Source of the DNA: Nitrospirota bacterium
Lineage (GTDB): Bacteria; JACPQY01
Reading direction: 5' to 3'
DNA length: 62,916 nt
Assembly: GCA_016180645.1 (NCBI GenBank)
Contig: JACPAV010000005.1
Coordinates: 124,001-186,916 of the forward strand
Shown here: positions 44,868 through 54,764 of the stretch, piece after piece
How the letters are laid out: the number at the start of each line of letters is the position of its first letter
How positions within the stretch are numbered: position 1 is the first letter of the stretch
Translations under genes and position numbers: made by a program
Notes under the pieces: generated by a model
Databases searched by the model: none
Told to the model about the DNA's origin: nothing
Seen by the model: only the letters and a program-made list of their open reading frames with translations

Positions 44868-46175
44868 TCAAAGTTTGACAACCTTGGAACGGCCGGGGAT
44901 GGACTTCGTCGCATTCCGGGTATCCATCACCAGCCTGGCGGAGCGCACAACGAAGTTCCAATCGAAGGCATCGTGATCCGTTCCAATGACCACACAATCC
45001 GCGCGGCCCAGCCGCGCCCGATTCAACGGGACCGAATGAAGGACGTGTCCGCCCACGCCGAGCTTCGGAACGTGGGGATCGTGGTAGCTCACCCGTGCCC
45101 CCTTCCGCAGCAGCAGGGAAAGAATGTCCAGGCACGGGGATTCCCGCAAATCGCCGATATTTTTCTTGTAACTCACGCCCAGCATGAGGATATCCGCGCC
45201 TCGCACGGCCTTCGAGCGCCGGTTAAGCGCATCCACCACTTTTTCCACGACATACTCCGGCATTTTCGTGTTGATCTCCGTGGCCAGCTCGATAAACCGC
45301 GCGGAGTAGTTCAGCGTTTTCAGCTTCCACAAAAGATACTGGGGGTCCACCGGAATGCAGTGCCCACCCAACCCCGGTCCCGGATAAAACGGCATAAAGC
45401 CGAAAGGCTTGGTCGCCGCCGCGCCGATCACCTCCCACGTGTCCAGTCCAAGATGGTTGCACATGATGGCGATCTCGTTGACCAAGCCCACGTTCACGGC
45501 GCGAAACGTATTCTCCAACAGCTTCGTCATCTCCGCCGCCCGCGTGGAACTCACCGGATGGACGGTCTCCACGATCGTTTCATAGAGAGCGCGAACCGCC
45601 CGGGAGCAGGAGGGCGTGATCCCGGCAACGATCTTGGGCGTATTTCTCAGGCCGTAGGACTTGTTTCCCGGATCAATGCGCTCCGGGGAAAACCCCAGAA
45701 AGAAATCCCGCCCCACTCGAAGCCCCGATTGGGCCAGCACGGGGAGCGCGACCTCGTCCGTCGTGCCGGGGTAGGTCGTGCTTTCCAGAACCACCAACTG
45801 GCCCTTGTGAAGATGATCCCGGATGTTCCCGATGGCCTGAAGGATGAACGACATATCCGGATCACGCGTTTTCGAGAGGGGCGTGGGGACGCAAACGATG
45901 GCCGCGTCGAGCTTCGCGAGACCGGAAAAGTCCATGGTCGCCTTCAGCTTCCTCGATCGGACCAGGACGGAGAGCCGTTCCGAATCCACATCCTGCACGT
46001 AGGATCGTCCACCACGGATCCGCGCAATTTTTTCCCGATCCACGTCGAATCCGGTGACCGCAAAACCCTCCTCGGCGTATTCCACGGCGAGAGGAAGGCC
46101 GACGTACCCCAACCCGAGAACTCCGATCCGGGCCTCGCGGTTCCGGATGCGCAGAAGGAGTTGGTCCAGAATCAT
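44868..46175 (-). CDS. UDP-N-acetylhexosamine 6-dehydrogenase (WbpA/WbpO-like)
   Basis: GLGYVGLP, CVPTP, ESTTYPG, KLLENTFR, GGHCIPVDP. Confidence 0.92.
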   Translation of the reverse strand: MILDQLLLRIRNREARIGVLGLGYVGLPLAVEYAEEGFAVTGFDVDREKIARIRGGRSYVQDVDSERLSVLVRSRKLKATMDFSGLAKLDAAIVCVPTPLSKTRDPDMSFILQAIGNIRDHLHKGQLVVLESTTYPGTTDEVALPVLAQSGLRVGRDFFLGFSPERIDPGNKSYGLRNTPKIVAGITPSCSRAVRALYETIVETVHPVSSTRAAEMTKLLENTFRAVNVGLVNEIAIMCNHLGLDTWEVIGAAATKPFGFMPFYPGPGLGGHCIPVDPQYLLWKLKTLNYSARFIELATEINTKMPEYVVEKVVDALNRRSKAVRGADILMLGVSYKKNIGDLRESPCLDILSLLLRKGARVSYHDPHVPKLGVGGHVLHSVPLNRARLGRADCVVIGTDHDAFDWNFVVRSARLVMDTRNATKSIPGRSKVVKL

Positions 46176-46254
46176 CAGGGATGTAGGCCGATGGGCAGGC
46201 GCCGGTGGCCCCGAAGACTAATCAGACGCGCCGTGGGGCGTCCACCGACTGAAC

Positions 46255-46650
46255 TCAGCCGAGTCCCGCCTGGCGGCCGGGCATTTGGAGAACGTGGGCT
46301 TTCTCGATGGGACGATTGTGCGCATTCACGTAGACGAGCCGCGGTTCATGCCTCAGGGCCTCCGCTTCCTCGTATTCCGCATAGCTGGCGATGATGATCA
46401 AATCGTCTTTCTCCACTCTTCGGGCCGCCGCGCCATTCACAACGATCTGCCCCGAACCCGCCGCACCGGGGATGACATACGTGGTGAACCGTTCGCCGTT
46501 GTTGATGTCATATACATCCACCTGTTCGAACGAGACCAAGTCCGCCTGTTTCATCAGGTCTGCGTCTACCGTGATACTTCCCTCGTACGCGATGTTCTTG
46601 TCCGTCACCGACGCACGATGCACTTTCGACTTAAGTAAGGTCCGCTTCAT
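46255..46650 (-). CDS. panD: Aspartate 1-decarboxylase
   Basis: KVHRA, YEGSITVD, NGERFTTY, NGAAA. Confidence 0.96.
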   Translation of the reverse strand: MKRTLLKSKVHRASVTDKNIAYEGSITVDADLMKQADLVSFEQVDVYDINNGERFTTYVIPGAAGSGQIVVNGAAARRVEKDDLIIIASYAEYEEAEALRHEPRLVYVNAHNRPIEKAHVLQMPGRQAGLG

Positions 46651-46670
46651 GGGTACCTCCTTTTAATTGA

Positions 46671-47510
46671 TTATCTTAGCACGATATTGTCGATGAGTCT
46701 TGTATCTCCCGCCCACACCGCTGCCAAGAGAACCGTGCCCGGGCGCACCACCGCTTCCGGCCGGAGCGTTCGGCCCGAGCGGGCTTCAACGTAGTCTACT
46801 CGCAGGCCGTCCGCTTCGAGTTTTCCCCGAACTTCCACGGCCACTTTTCCGGCATCGACCAAACCCCGGCGGGCGATTTCCCGCGCCTCCCGGAGTGCCC
46901 TTGCCAAGGACTTCGCCCGTTCCCGCGCTTCCGGTGAGAGGTACGCGTTCCGCGAACTCATGGCGAGGCCGTCAACTTCCCGCACGGTCGGATACTCGAT
47001 AATCCTCACGGGGATGCTCAGGTCCTCCACCATGCGTTGAATGACTCTCACCTGCTGGAAGTCTTTTCGGCCAAAGAGGGCCACGTCCGGCTGAACGATA
47101 TTGAAGAGCTTCGCCACCACCGTGGCCACGCCCCGGAAGTGACCGGGACGGGATCGGCCACAAAGACCCTCGGAGATTTTCTCGACCTCAACGTGCGTCT
47201 GGAAGCCTTCGGGATAGAACCGATCTTCCCCGGGCGCGAAGAGGACATCCACTCCCTCCTTCCGCAAGAGGGCGGCGTCCCGACGATGCTCCCGGGGGTA
47301 TCGGCCCAAATCCTCGCCCCTCCCGAACTGGAGTGGATTCACGAAAATGCTGACCACGGCCCGGTCCGCGATCGAACGCGCCCTTCGCACAAGCGCCAGA
47401 TGCCCGGCGTGGAGGGCGCCCATGGTGGGCACAAAGCCGATGCTTTTCCCGCGCCGGCGCTGGTCCAGCGCCCACTTCTGCATCGCGCCGTTGGACCGAA
47501 TCGTTCTCAT
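46671..47510 (-). CDS. panC: Pantoate-beta-alanine ligase
   Basis: VPTMGALHAGH, RPGHFRGV, KDFQQ, MSSRN, RLIDN. Confidence 0.96.
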   Translation of the reverse strand: MRTIRSNGAMQKWALDQRRRGKSIGFVPTMGALHAGHLALVRRARSIADRAVVSIFVNPLQFGRGEDLGRYPREHRRDAALLRKEGVDVLFAPGEDRFYPEGFQTHVEVEKISEGLCGRSRPGHFRGVATVVAKLFNIVQPDVALFGRKDFQQVRVIQRMVEDLSIPVRIIEYPTVREVDGLAMSSRNAYLSPEARERAKSLARALREAREIARRGLVDAGKVAVEVRGKLEADGLRVDYVEARSGRTLRPEAVVRPGTVLLAAVWAGDTRLIDNIVLR

Positions 47511-47559
47511 GTTCTTCTCCCCCTCTCGCCTCTCACCTCTCGCCTCACGCCTCTCGGCC

Positions 47560-48363
47560 TCAAAACGAATTTTCCGGACCCGGAAAGCGGCCCGAACGAA
47601 CGTCGTCCGCATATTCGCGCACGGCTTGACCGACCTCCTTGCCGAGCTCCGCATACCGTTTCACAAACTTGGGAGAAAAATCCTGAAAGAGGCCCAGCAG
47701 ATCGTAGATCACAAGAACCTGGCCATCGCACCCGGCACCGGCCCCGATGCCGATCGTCGGGATCTTGAGCCGCCGGGTTACTTCGGAGGCCAGCGCTGAA
47801 GGCACACCTTCGAGGACCACACTGAATGCCCCCGACTCTTGCACGGCTTCCGCGTCCTCGATAATGCGAGCGCGATCAGGTTCAGCCCGTCCCTGAACCT
47901 TGTAGCCGCCCATCTGATGGATCGATTGAGGCGTCAACCCGACGTGTCCCATCACCGGAATTCCAAGTTCAGTCAGTCGGCGGATCGTGGGCGCAATCGC
48001 CCGCCCTCCTTCGAGTTTGACCGCCTCTGCTCCACCCTCTTTCAGTGCCCTGCCGCAATTTCTGACGGCCTCTTCCAAGCCGGCTTGGTAGGACAGAAAG
48101 GGCATGTCCATAACCAACAGCGCCCTCTTCCGACCTCTGGCCACGGCCCTCGTATGATAAAGCATTTCCTCCATAGTCACAGGTAAGGTACTGGAATATC
48201 CTGAGAATACTGATCCAACAGAATCACCGACAAGAAGAATATCCACCCCTGCCTCATCCAGTATTCTCGCCATTGTGTAGTCGTAGGCGGTGAGGACGAC
48301 GATTTTCTTCTGCTCCGTCTTGAGTCGGAGAATTCCGGGAGCGGTGATCTTTTCGTTTTCCAT
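47560..48363 (-). CDS. panB: 3-methyl-2-oxobutanoate hydroxymethyltransferase
   Basis: TAYD, LVGDS, VKLEGG, GLTPQS, GIGAG, DGQVLV. Confidence 0.96.
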   Translation of the reverse strand: MENEKITAPGILRLKTEQKKIVVLTAYDYTMARILDEAGVDILLVGDSVGSVFSGYSSTLPVTMEEMLYHTRAVARGRKRALLVMDMPFLSYQAGLEEAVRNCGRALKEGGAEAVKLEGGRAIAPTIRRLTELGIPVMGHVGLTPQSIHQMGGYKVQGRAEPDRARIIEDAEAVQESGAFSVVLEGVPSALASEVTRRLKIPTIGIGAGAGCDGQVLVIYDLLGLFQDFSPKFVKRYAELGKEVGQAVREYADDVRSGRFPGPENSF

Positions 48364-48440
48364 CGGTTCGTCTCAGCCCCGCGCCCGACGTGGCGCATGG
48401 GTCCAAGCGATATGAAGACTATGCTAGACTTCAAGCCGGC

Positions 48441-48794
48441 ATGAGTCAAGTTTCCGGGGTTTCCTCAGAAGTGATGGAACTATCGCGCACCCTCGCTCCA
48501 CATTTCCCGTGGGATCCCAGAGTCGGCGATACGTATCACTGCGGTGGAGCATTGCGAATGGTATGGCAGCTCCCCGCACCCTGCCACAAGAGCGACTTCC
48601 GAATTCTGGGACTCTACGAGGCGAAGGCGTGGCTGAGGGAACGCGGATTCCAGGACATCGAAATCGAACACCACGGATCCAAATGGACGATCACGGCCTG
48701 CGACCACCCCGCTGGATCTCCCCTCACCGCCGCGGGCGGATCGGATGTCGAAGCCGCCCTGCGCTTGGTCCTTCAGGTCCTGGGCTCTGTTTGA
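48441..48794 (+). CDS. Hypothetical protein; start uncertain
   Basis: Only ORF filling the gap divergent from panB; plausible composition. Confidence 0.5.
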   Translation: MSQVSGVSSEVMELSRTLAPHFPWDPRVGDTYHCGGALRMVWQLPAPCHKSDFRILGLYEAKAWLRERGFQDIEIEHHGSKWTITACDHPAGSPLTAAGGSDVEAALRLVLQVLGSV

Positions 48795-48809
48795 GAACGT
48801 ATTTCCGTG

Positions 48810-48975
48810 GTAGCCGCAGGCTTTAGCCTGCGTCCGAAGACGCACCCGTAAAGGCCATGTTCCATGCCGTGCCGTCCGTGGCACGGCGACATATCATGGC
48901 CCCATACCGTCCTCGGCAAGGGGGTGCGACTACCAAGCCCGCGTCCTGACCGCAGCCTGAAGGCTGCGGCGATAA
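48810..48975. repeat. REP cluster with nested palindrome
   Basis: GTAGCCGCAGGCTTTAGCCTGCG; CGCACCC...GGGTGCGACTAC; CCGCAGCCTGAAGGCTGCGG. Confidence 0.7.
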
Positions 48976-48983
48976 CAACCGCC

Positions 48984-49802
48984 TTATCGTTTCTTCGGGG
49001 CGGAGGGCGTCAGCGAATCGACGAATCGCGCAAGCTTCTGCACTTCAAGCATGTACGACCTGAACAGGGGCGCCGCCTCACGCTTCGTCGGATCGATTCG
49101 CTCCAAGCGATACTCCCAAGCCTTGCGCACGGCATCGAGGTGAAACCCCACGGCTTTTTCCAGTTCCGAGATCACCAGGTCTCCGTCGACTTGAAGTTCC
49201 TGGTGGCCGAGCCAGACGAGATATCGGCAAACGCGCACCAGCATCCCACCCGATTTCCGAAGCGTCTGTAGCAGGATCTTCGGCTCGGTCCCCGCCTCCA
49301 GCAATACACGCTGGAGCATCAGGAGGGTCCCCTTGAGTTCGCGCTCGCACTGTCGACGCACCGATTCATTCGAAGGGATCAGCCGCTCAAAAGGATCTTC
49401 TCCCCACAGGATTCTCCGCTTGATCGACATCTCCAGCAGCTCGATGGGATACGTGTCCAGTGCCCCGCTCATGTAGGATCTGTCAAGCAAGAGCGGCGAT
49501 ACCACGCGGAGTTTCCGCCAATCGCTCACGTAAGGAGTTAATCTGGCCACGTGCTCAAATTGCACCTCTTCAAGCACCAACAGCAGGTGAAGCTCGGATC
49601 TCTTGGGATGAAAGTATCCCCGCGCCGCGCTGCCGAACAGCACGATACTCTTTAGATCTACCGGGAAGAGATTGCGTACCGTCCGGACGCACTGTTGAAG
49701 GGTCCTCTCGTGTTCCGCCGGAAGACCGGCCGATGGCCCGCTCGCTCCCGTCGCCATGATCCCGGAACTGTACACGTCCCTGTCTGAGATTGCCACGGCC
49801 AT
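48984..49802 (-). CDS. Nucleotidyltransferase-domain protein (Pol beta superfamily); start uncertain
   Basis: SIVLFGSAARG, DTYPIE, LWGEDP, RRQCERELK. Confidence 0.75.
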   Translation of the reverse strand: MAVAISDRDVYSSGIMATGASGPSAGLPAEHERTLQQCVRTVRNLFPVDLKSIVLFGSAARGYFHPKRSELHLLLVLEEVQFEHVARLTPYVSDWRKLRVVSPLLLDRSYMSGALDTYPIELLEMSIKRRILWGEDPFERLIPSNESVRRQCERELKGTLLMLQRVLLEAGTEPKILLQTLRKSGGMLVRVCRYLVWLGHQELQVDGDLVISELEKAVGFHLDAVRKAWEYRLERIDPTKREAAPLFRSYMLEVQKLARFVDSLTPSAPKKR

Positions 49803-49887
49803 TCTTGATGTGGATTCTGGACTTCAGGGGTCCTTGACGTTCTGAGGCCAAACCAGTAGACTACCACCCGCTTCAACGGGAGGTTCT

Positions 49888-50760
49888 ATGGGTTCGGAAA
49901 AATTGGCCGTCATCGGATGCGGCACGATGGGTTCGGGCATCGCCATTCTGTGCGCGGATGCCGGGCTGGACACGACTGTGGTGGAATCCACGCAGTCGCG
50001 CGCGCGGGAGGGCATGAAACGCATCGATGCCTACTTCGCGCAGAGCGTGGCGAAAGGAAAGGCCACCGAGCAGGAGAAACGAGACCGCATCGACCGAATT
50101 CACCCCACTTCGGAGCTGGGGCAGACCGCGGAATGCGATTTCATCATCGAGGCCGTCCCCGAGGATCTTGTCATGAAGAAGCGGCTCTTCGGAGAGCTTC
50201 ACCACATCTGCAAGAAAGACGCTCTCCTGCTGACCAATACCTCGACCCTGTCGATCACGGCGATCGCCTCCGGGTGCGGCCGGCCGGACAAGGTCGCCGG
50301 CATGCACTTCTGCAACCCCGCCCCGATCATGCCGATGATCGAAATTGCGCGCGGCCTTCACACCAGCAATGAAACCTTCGATCGGGTCAAATCCCTCTGC
50401 TCGAGCCTTGGAAAGAAGTTTGTTGTCGCCAAAGACACTCCCGGTTTCCTGACCAACTTCTTTCTCGTCTCATTCGTGCTCGACGCCGTCCGGCTTCTGG
50501 AGGGCGGCATGGCCTCGGCGCAGGATATCGACAAGGCGTGCAAGCTGGGCTTGGGCCATCCGATGGGCCCCTTTGAGCTGATGGACACCGCGGGACTCGA
50601 CATCACCTGCACGGTGGCTGAATCCCTGTACGACCAGACGAAGGACACCCGATACGTTCCCCCCGCCCTGCTGCGACAGATGGTGGATGCCGGCCTCCTC
50701 GGCCGCAAGTCGGGCCGCGGGTTCTACGAGTACGGTTCGTCCGGAATCTACGGGGCATAA
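49888..50760 (+). CDS. 3-hydroxyacyl(butyryl)-CoA dehydrogenase, copy 1
   Basis: GCGTMGSG, IEAVPE, NTSTL, MHFCNP, HPMGP, GRKSGRGFY. Confidence 0.92.
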   Translation: MGSEKLAVIGCGTMGSGIAILCADAGLDTTVVESTQSRAREGMKRIDAYFAQSVAKGKATEQEKRDRIDRIHPTSELGQTAECDFIIEAVPEDLVMKKRLFGELHHICKKDALLLTNTSTLSITAIASGCGRPDKVAGMHFCNPAPIMPMIEIARGLHTSNETFDRVKSLCSSLGKKFVVAKDTPGFLTNFFLVSFVLDAVRLLEGGMASAQDIDKACKLGLGHPMGPFELMDTAGLDITCTVAESLYDQTKDTRYVPPALLRQMVDAGLLGRKSGRGFYEYGSSGIYGA

Positions 50761-50773
50761 CCGGGACACCTCC

Positions 50774-51640
50774 ATGGCTAAGTTTGAAACCGTAGGCGTC
50801 ATCGGGAGCGGCACCATGGGCTCAGGAATCGCCCAACTCTGCGCTCAGGCGGGCATGTCGGTAAAAATGCTTCAGCGCAGCGCCGCCTCGCTCGAAAAAG
50901 GTGTGAAGCGGATCGACGATTTCCTTACAGGCAGTGTCAAGAAAGGAAAGATGACCGAAGATCAGAAAAAGGAAACCTTGGGACGCGTGTCCGGCACCAT
51001 GGAGATGAAAGACCTCGCCGGCTGCGATGTGTTCATCGAATGCACGTACGAAAACATGGAGCTCAAGCGCGAGATCTTCACGGCGATGGATGAGATTGCC
51101 AAGCCCAACGCCGTCCTTTCCACGACAACCTCTTCTCTCTCGATCAGCGAGATCGCTTCCTCAACCCGGATGCCGGGGCGTGTCATCGGGCTCCATTTCT
51201 TCAACCCCGCACCCATTATGAAGCTTGTGGAGGTCATCCGCGGGATCCAGACTTCTGAGGACACGGTGGAATCGGCCGTGGACTTCACGCGCCAGATCCG
51301 AAAGGAGCCCGTGGTCTGCAAGGACAGCCCAGCCTTCATCGTCAATCGTCTGCTCATCCCGATGCTCAATCAGGCGGTCCAGGCGTACGACGACGGTCTG
51401 GCCACACGAGAAGACATGGACGCCGCCGTCGAAATGGGGCTCGGTTATCCCTTGGGCCTTCTGAAACTGGCCGACCTGATCGGACTGGATATCTGCTGCA
51501 ACATGGCCCAAGGCCTGTACGACGGCTACCGGGAGGTCCGCTTTTCCCCCCCGCCGCTCATGAAGAGCATGGTCAAGGCCGGCCTCCTCGGCCGCAAGTC
51601 CGGCCGCGGTTTCTACTCCTACAACGGCAACAAGAAGTAG
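50774..51640 (+). CDS. 3-hydroxyacyl(butyryl)-CoA dehydrogenase, copy 2
   Basis: GSGTMGSG, LHFFNP, FIVNR, GRKSGRGFY. Confidence 0.92.
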   Translation: MAKFETVGVIGSGTMGSGIAQLCAQAGMSVKMLQRSAASLEKGVKRIDDFLTGSVKKGKMTEDQKKETLGRVSGTMEMKDLAGCDVFIECTYENMELKREIFTAMDEIAKPNAVLSTTTSSLSISEIASSTRMPGRVIGLHFFNPAPIMKLVEVIRGIQTSEDTVESAVDFTRQIRKEPVVCKDSPAFIVNRLLIPMLNQAVQAYDDGLATREDMDAAVEMGLGYPLGLLKLADLIGLDICCNMAQGLYDGYREVRFSPPPLMKSMVKAGLLGRKSGRGFYSYNGNKK

Positions 51641-51656
51641 GTGCCCGCCCGGCGAA

Positions 51657-54600
51657 TCATTCCGCCGTCAGCGAACGGCGTAGGATTCGCACCGCGAACC
51701 GAAGGTCCGGACCGCCCCGTGCCATGACCGCCTGAATTTTGTTTTCTGCCGTCTGGCGAAAGGCCTTGGCGGCGGCGGCATCTCCCTCCGATGCGGCCTG
51801 TCGGCTCAACGCGCAATCCAAGTGCCCTCGCTCGAGGTGGAGTAGATCCTTCAGCGACTCGTCGTGACCCGCCTCGGCCAGCTTCTCCGCTCCCTCGAAC
51901 GCCTCCCGGGAGCGCTCGATGTGACTTAATTCCGCCTCCGCCGTGCCCAAGTGACCCAGAGTGATGGCCTCCAGCCGGCGATCTCCGATTTCCCTCTGGA
52001 TGGCCAACGCCAATTGAAACAGCTCCCAAGCCTCTTCCGCGCCGCCCCGATCCAGATGCACCGTCCCCATGTCGCGCAGCACAATGCTCTCAAATCGCCT
52101 CGACCCCACCTCGCGGTGGATGGCGAGGGCGCGTTCCAAGTGGTGCCAGGCCGTCTCGTGATTTCCCTCATCGAATTCCAGGACCCCCAAATTCCCAATA
52201 ACAATCCCCTCGAATCTCCGATCGCCCACCTCACGGAGAATGGATAAGGCCAGATCGAAGCTCTCCCGCGCCTCGCGTCTCACCCCTTTCTCCATGTGGA
52301 GGTGACCGAGATTCCCGAGAGTAATGCCTTCCAATCGCCGGTTTCCAACTTCGCGGTGAATCCGAAGGGCTTCCGCGTACAGTGAAGCCGCTTCGTCCAA
52401 ACGCCCCTGATCCTGGGCCACAATCGCCACGTACCCGGTGACCGTACCCTCCATGCCCCTGTCGCCGGCCGCCTTCTGGTCGGCCAGCGCCCGCTCCAAA
52501 TACGGCTGCGCCTTGTCGATCTGCCCCAGATCCCGATACAGCGTTCCCAGATCGTACAACACCATCCCCTCGATGGACCGGTTCCCCACCTCTTTCGAGA
52601 TCTCCAAGGCATTTTCGAAGTCGGCCAATGCGTCCGTCAGGCGACCGCGCGCCCTTCTGGCCCGACCCCGCGACTCCAATAGCCTGGCTTTCAAGACCGG
52701 GTCCACGCCGGGAACGTTCATCATGCCGCGCGCGGAGTCCAGAATGGATAGGTGCGCATCGAAGGGCCCGCGCATCGAAAGGACCGGGTCGATAGCCAGG
52801 ACCGCCCTGAGTGCCTGGGATACACGTTCGGCGTTCAGGGTCGAGCCGACCAGTGCCCGCTTGTGGATGGCCATCAGGTTTTCCGACTCCAGCGCCAGAA
52901 ATCGCATGACCTTGATGCCGTCCGGCCCTTCGATCTTCCCGCCGATCTCCGATCCCATTTGAACGTAGTACTCCGCGTGGCGGTGAAGGGCTGCCTCGCT
53001 CCGTCCGGCTTCGGCCAGTTTCTCGGCGGCGTACTCCGCGATGCTCTCGTACAGACCGAACCTCAGCTCTCCGGGCAGACCGGCGGGTTCGAAGGAGCGC
53101 AGGAGCGACTTGTCACGGAGGGCCTGGATGACATCCAACACCCAAGGGGGTCCCGGGAATTCCCCGAGATCGATGATCGCCTCGGCCGCCTCCATCATGA
53201 ATCCTCCCTTGAAGACGGAGCACTGAGCGAGAGCGGACTTCTCCCACGGCTGAAGAAGATTCCACGACCAGTCGATGGCCCCTCGGAGGGTGGATTGACG
53301 GGAGGCCGCGTCCCGGTCTCCCCCCCCGAGGACCTCGAAGCGTCTCGGGAGACGTTGGAGCAGCTTGGCCGGCGTCAGAACACCCATCCGCGCCGCGGCC
53401 AGTTCGATGGCCAGTGGAATGCCATCCAAGTGTCGGACAATGGCCACCACGGCCGGCGCCTCATCGGCCGTCAGCGCGTAGTCCTGCCGGACGGCCCGAA
53501 CGCGATCGACAAACAGTTGCACCGCCTCCGATGCGGCGAATTCCGCATCCTCTTTCGGAAGACTCAGCGGTCCCAACGCATGGGTCATCTCACCCGGCAG
53601 CCGCAGTCGCTCTCTTGAGCTGATAAGGAACTGCGCGTCCGGGGAAAGTTCCAGCCACCGTCCCACCGTGGCCCGCGCGGACTCCACCACCTGTTCGAAA
53701 TTGTCGAGGATCAACAGGACCCGCCCACGCCCGGCCAGCGCCTGCCCCAACTGGTAAGCGGTTTCGGACGGCGACCGACCCGCCGCAATGGAAACGTTGA
53801 GGGCCTTCGCTACGGCCGTAAACACGCCGTCGACGCCCGTCGCCTCCGAGAGATCGCAGAACCACACGCCACCACCCCCATCGTGTGAAAAATGGTCCAA
53901 TTGAAGCAGACCGTATTGCGACGCCAGCCGGGTCTTCCCCGTGCCACCGGGACCGAGAATGGTGACGAGGCGTTCCCCGCCGGCGAAATACTCATGCAGC
54001 CTCTGTAGGTCCGGCTTCCGGCCGACGAAACGAGTCGGCGCGGCGGTCAGATTGGTTTTGCGAACTTCGGCCGTACGAAGAGGAGGGAATCGCCGCCCCG
54101 CAAGCGACTTGGGCATGATCTGGATGATCTGGATGACCTGTTCGGCGGATTCCAATCCCTTCAGACGGTACTCGCCCAAGTCCATGGTATGGGGCGATCC
54201 CAGGAGCGCGAGTTGGGCTTCGATCTCCTGCCAAACCCACCCGGTCACAACCACTTGGCCTCCGTGAGCAGCGGCAGCCACCCGCGCGGCACGGTTCACC
54301 ATCGGGCCGAAGTAATCCATCCGGCCCGTCACGGGATCCGGACGACATTCCGGCCGGCCGATGTGAACGCCCATCCGAAGACGCAGGCCGCTAAAGAGCC
54401 GTTCCCCATCGGGCTTGGCCTCTTCCCGCGCAGCCTCGTGGGCGAGGATCTCTGGAGGCCATTGAACAGCCGCCAGACCTTCCTGCGCGGCCAGGCACCA
54501 GCGGACCGCTTGGATCGCGCTTCCGAAAGCGACCATGAAGGAATCCCCTTCCGTCTTGACCTCATACCCCCCGCAGTCGGCCAGCGTCCGTCGCAGGAAC

Positions 54601-54743
54601 GTATTGTGGATTTCCAGCGCGGAACTCATCGCGCCGGGATATCGCTCCCAGAGCGATGTGGAGCCTTGAATATCGGTAAAGACGAGGGTGACGACGCCGG
54701 TCGGCGCCGACGGGGAACCGTGTTGTGAGTTTCCCTCAACCAT
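51657..54743 (-). CDS. Class III adenylate/guanylate cyclase + STAND ATPase + TPR protein
   Basis: FTDIQGST, TEGDSF, DYFGPMVNRAAR; GPGGTGKT, LDNFE, GIPLAIELAA; repeated E.GDRR.EG TPR units. Confidence 0.92.
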   Translation of the reverse strand: MVEGNSQHGSPSAPTGVVTLVFTDIQGSTSLWERYPGAMSSALEIHNTFLRRTLADCGGYEVKTEGDSFMVAFGSAIQAVRWCLAAQEGLAAVQWPPEILAHEAAREEAKPDGERLFSGLRLRMGVHIGRPECRPDPVTGRMDYFGPMVNRAARVAAAAHGGQVVVTGWVWQEIEAQLALLGSPHTMDLGEYRLKGLESAEQVIQIIQIMPKSLAGRRFPPLRTAEVRKTNLTAAPTRFVGRKPDLQRLHEYFAGGERLVTILGPGGTGKTRLASQYGLLQLDHFSHDGGGGVWFCDLSEATGVDGVFTAVAKALNVSIAAGRSPSETAYQLGQALAGRGRVLLILDNFEQVVESARATVGRWLELSPDAQFLISSRERLRLPGEMTHALGPLSLPKEDAEFAASEAVQLFVDRVRAVRQDYALTADEAPAVVAIVRHLDGIPLAIELAAARMGVLTPAKLLQRLPRRFEVLGGGDRDAASRQSTLRGAIDWSWNLLQPWEKSALAQCSVFKGGFMMEAAEAIIDLGEFPGPPWVLDVIQALRDKSLLRSFEPAGLPGELRFGLYESIAEYAAEKLAEAGRSEAALHRHAEYYVQMGSEIGGKIEGPDGIKVMRFLALESENLMAIHKRALVGSTLNAERVSQALRAVLAIDPVLSMRGPFDAHLSILDSARGMMNVPGVDPVLKARLLESRGRARRARGRLTDALADFENALEISKEVGNRSIEGMVLYDLGTLYRDLGQIDKAQPYLERALADQKAAGDRGMEGTVTGYVAIVAQDQGRLDEAASLYAEALRIHREVGNRRLEGITLGNLGHLHMEKGVRREARESFDLALSILREVGDRRFEGIVIGNLGVLEFDEGNHETAWHHLERALAIHREVGSRRFESIVLRDMGTVHLDRGGAEEAWELFQLALAIQREIGDRRLEAITLGHLGTAEAELSHIERSREAFEGAEKLAEAGHDESLKDLLHLERGHLDCALSRQAASEGDAAAAKAFRQTAENKIQAVMARGGPDLRFAVRILRRSLTAE

Positions 54744-54764
54744 CGGCTGGGAGCATGAACCCCG

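Noticed and set aside
44820-46394. 524-aa plus-strand ORF
   Set aside because: Antisense shadow of the nucleotide-sugar dehydrogenase
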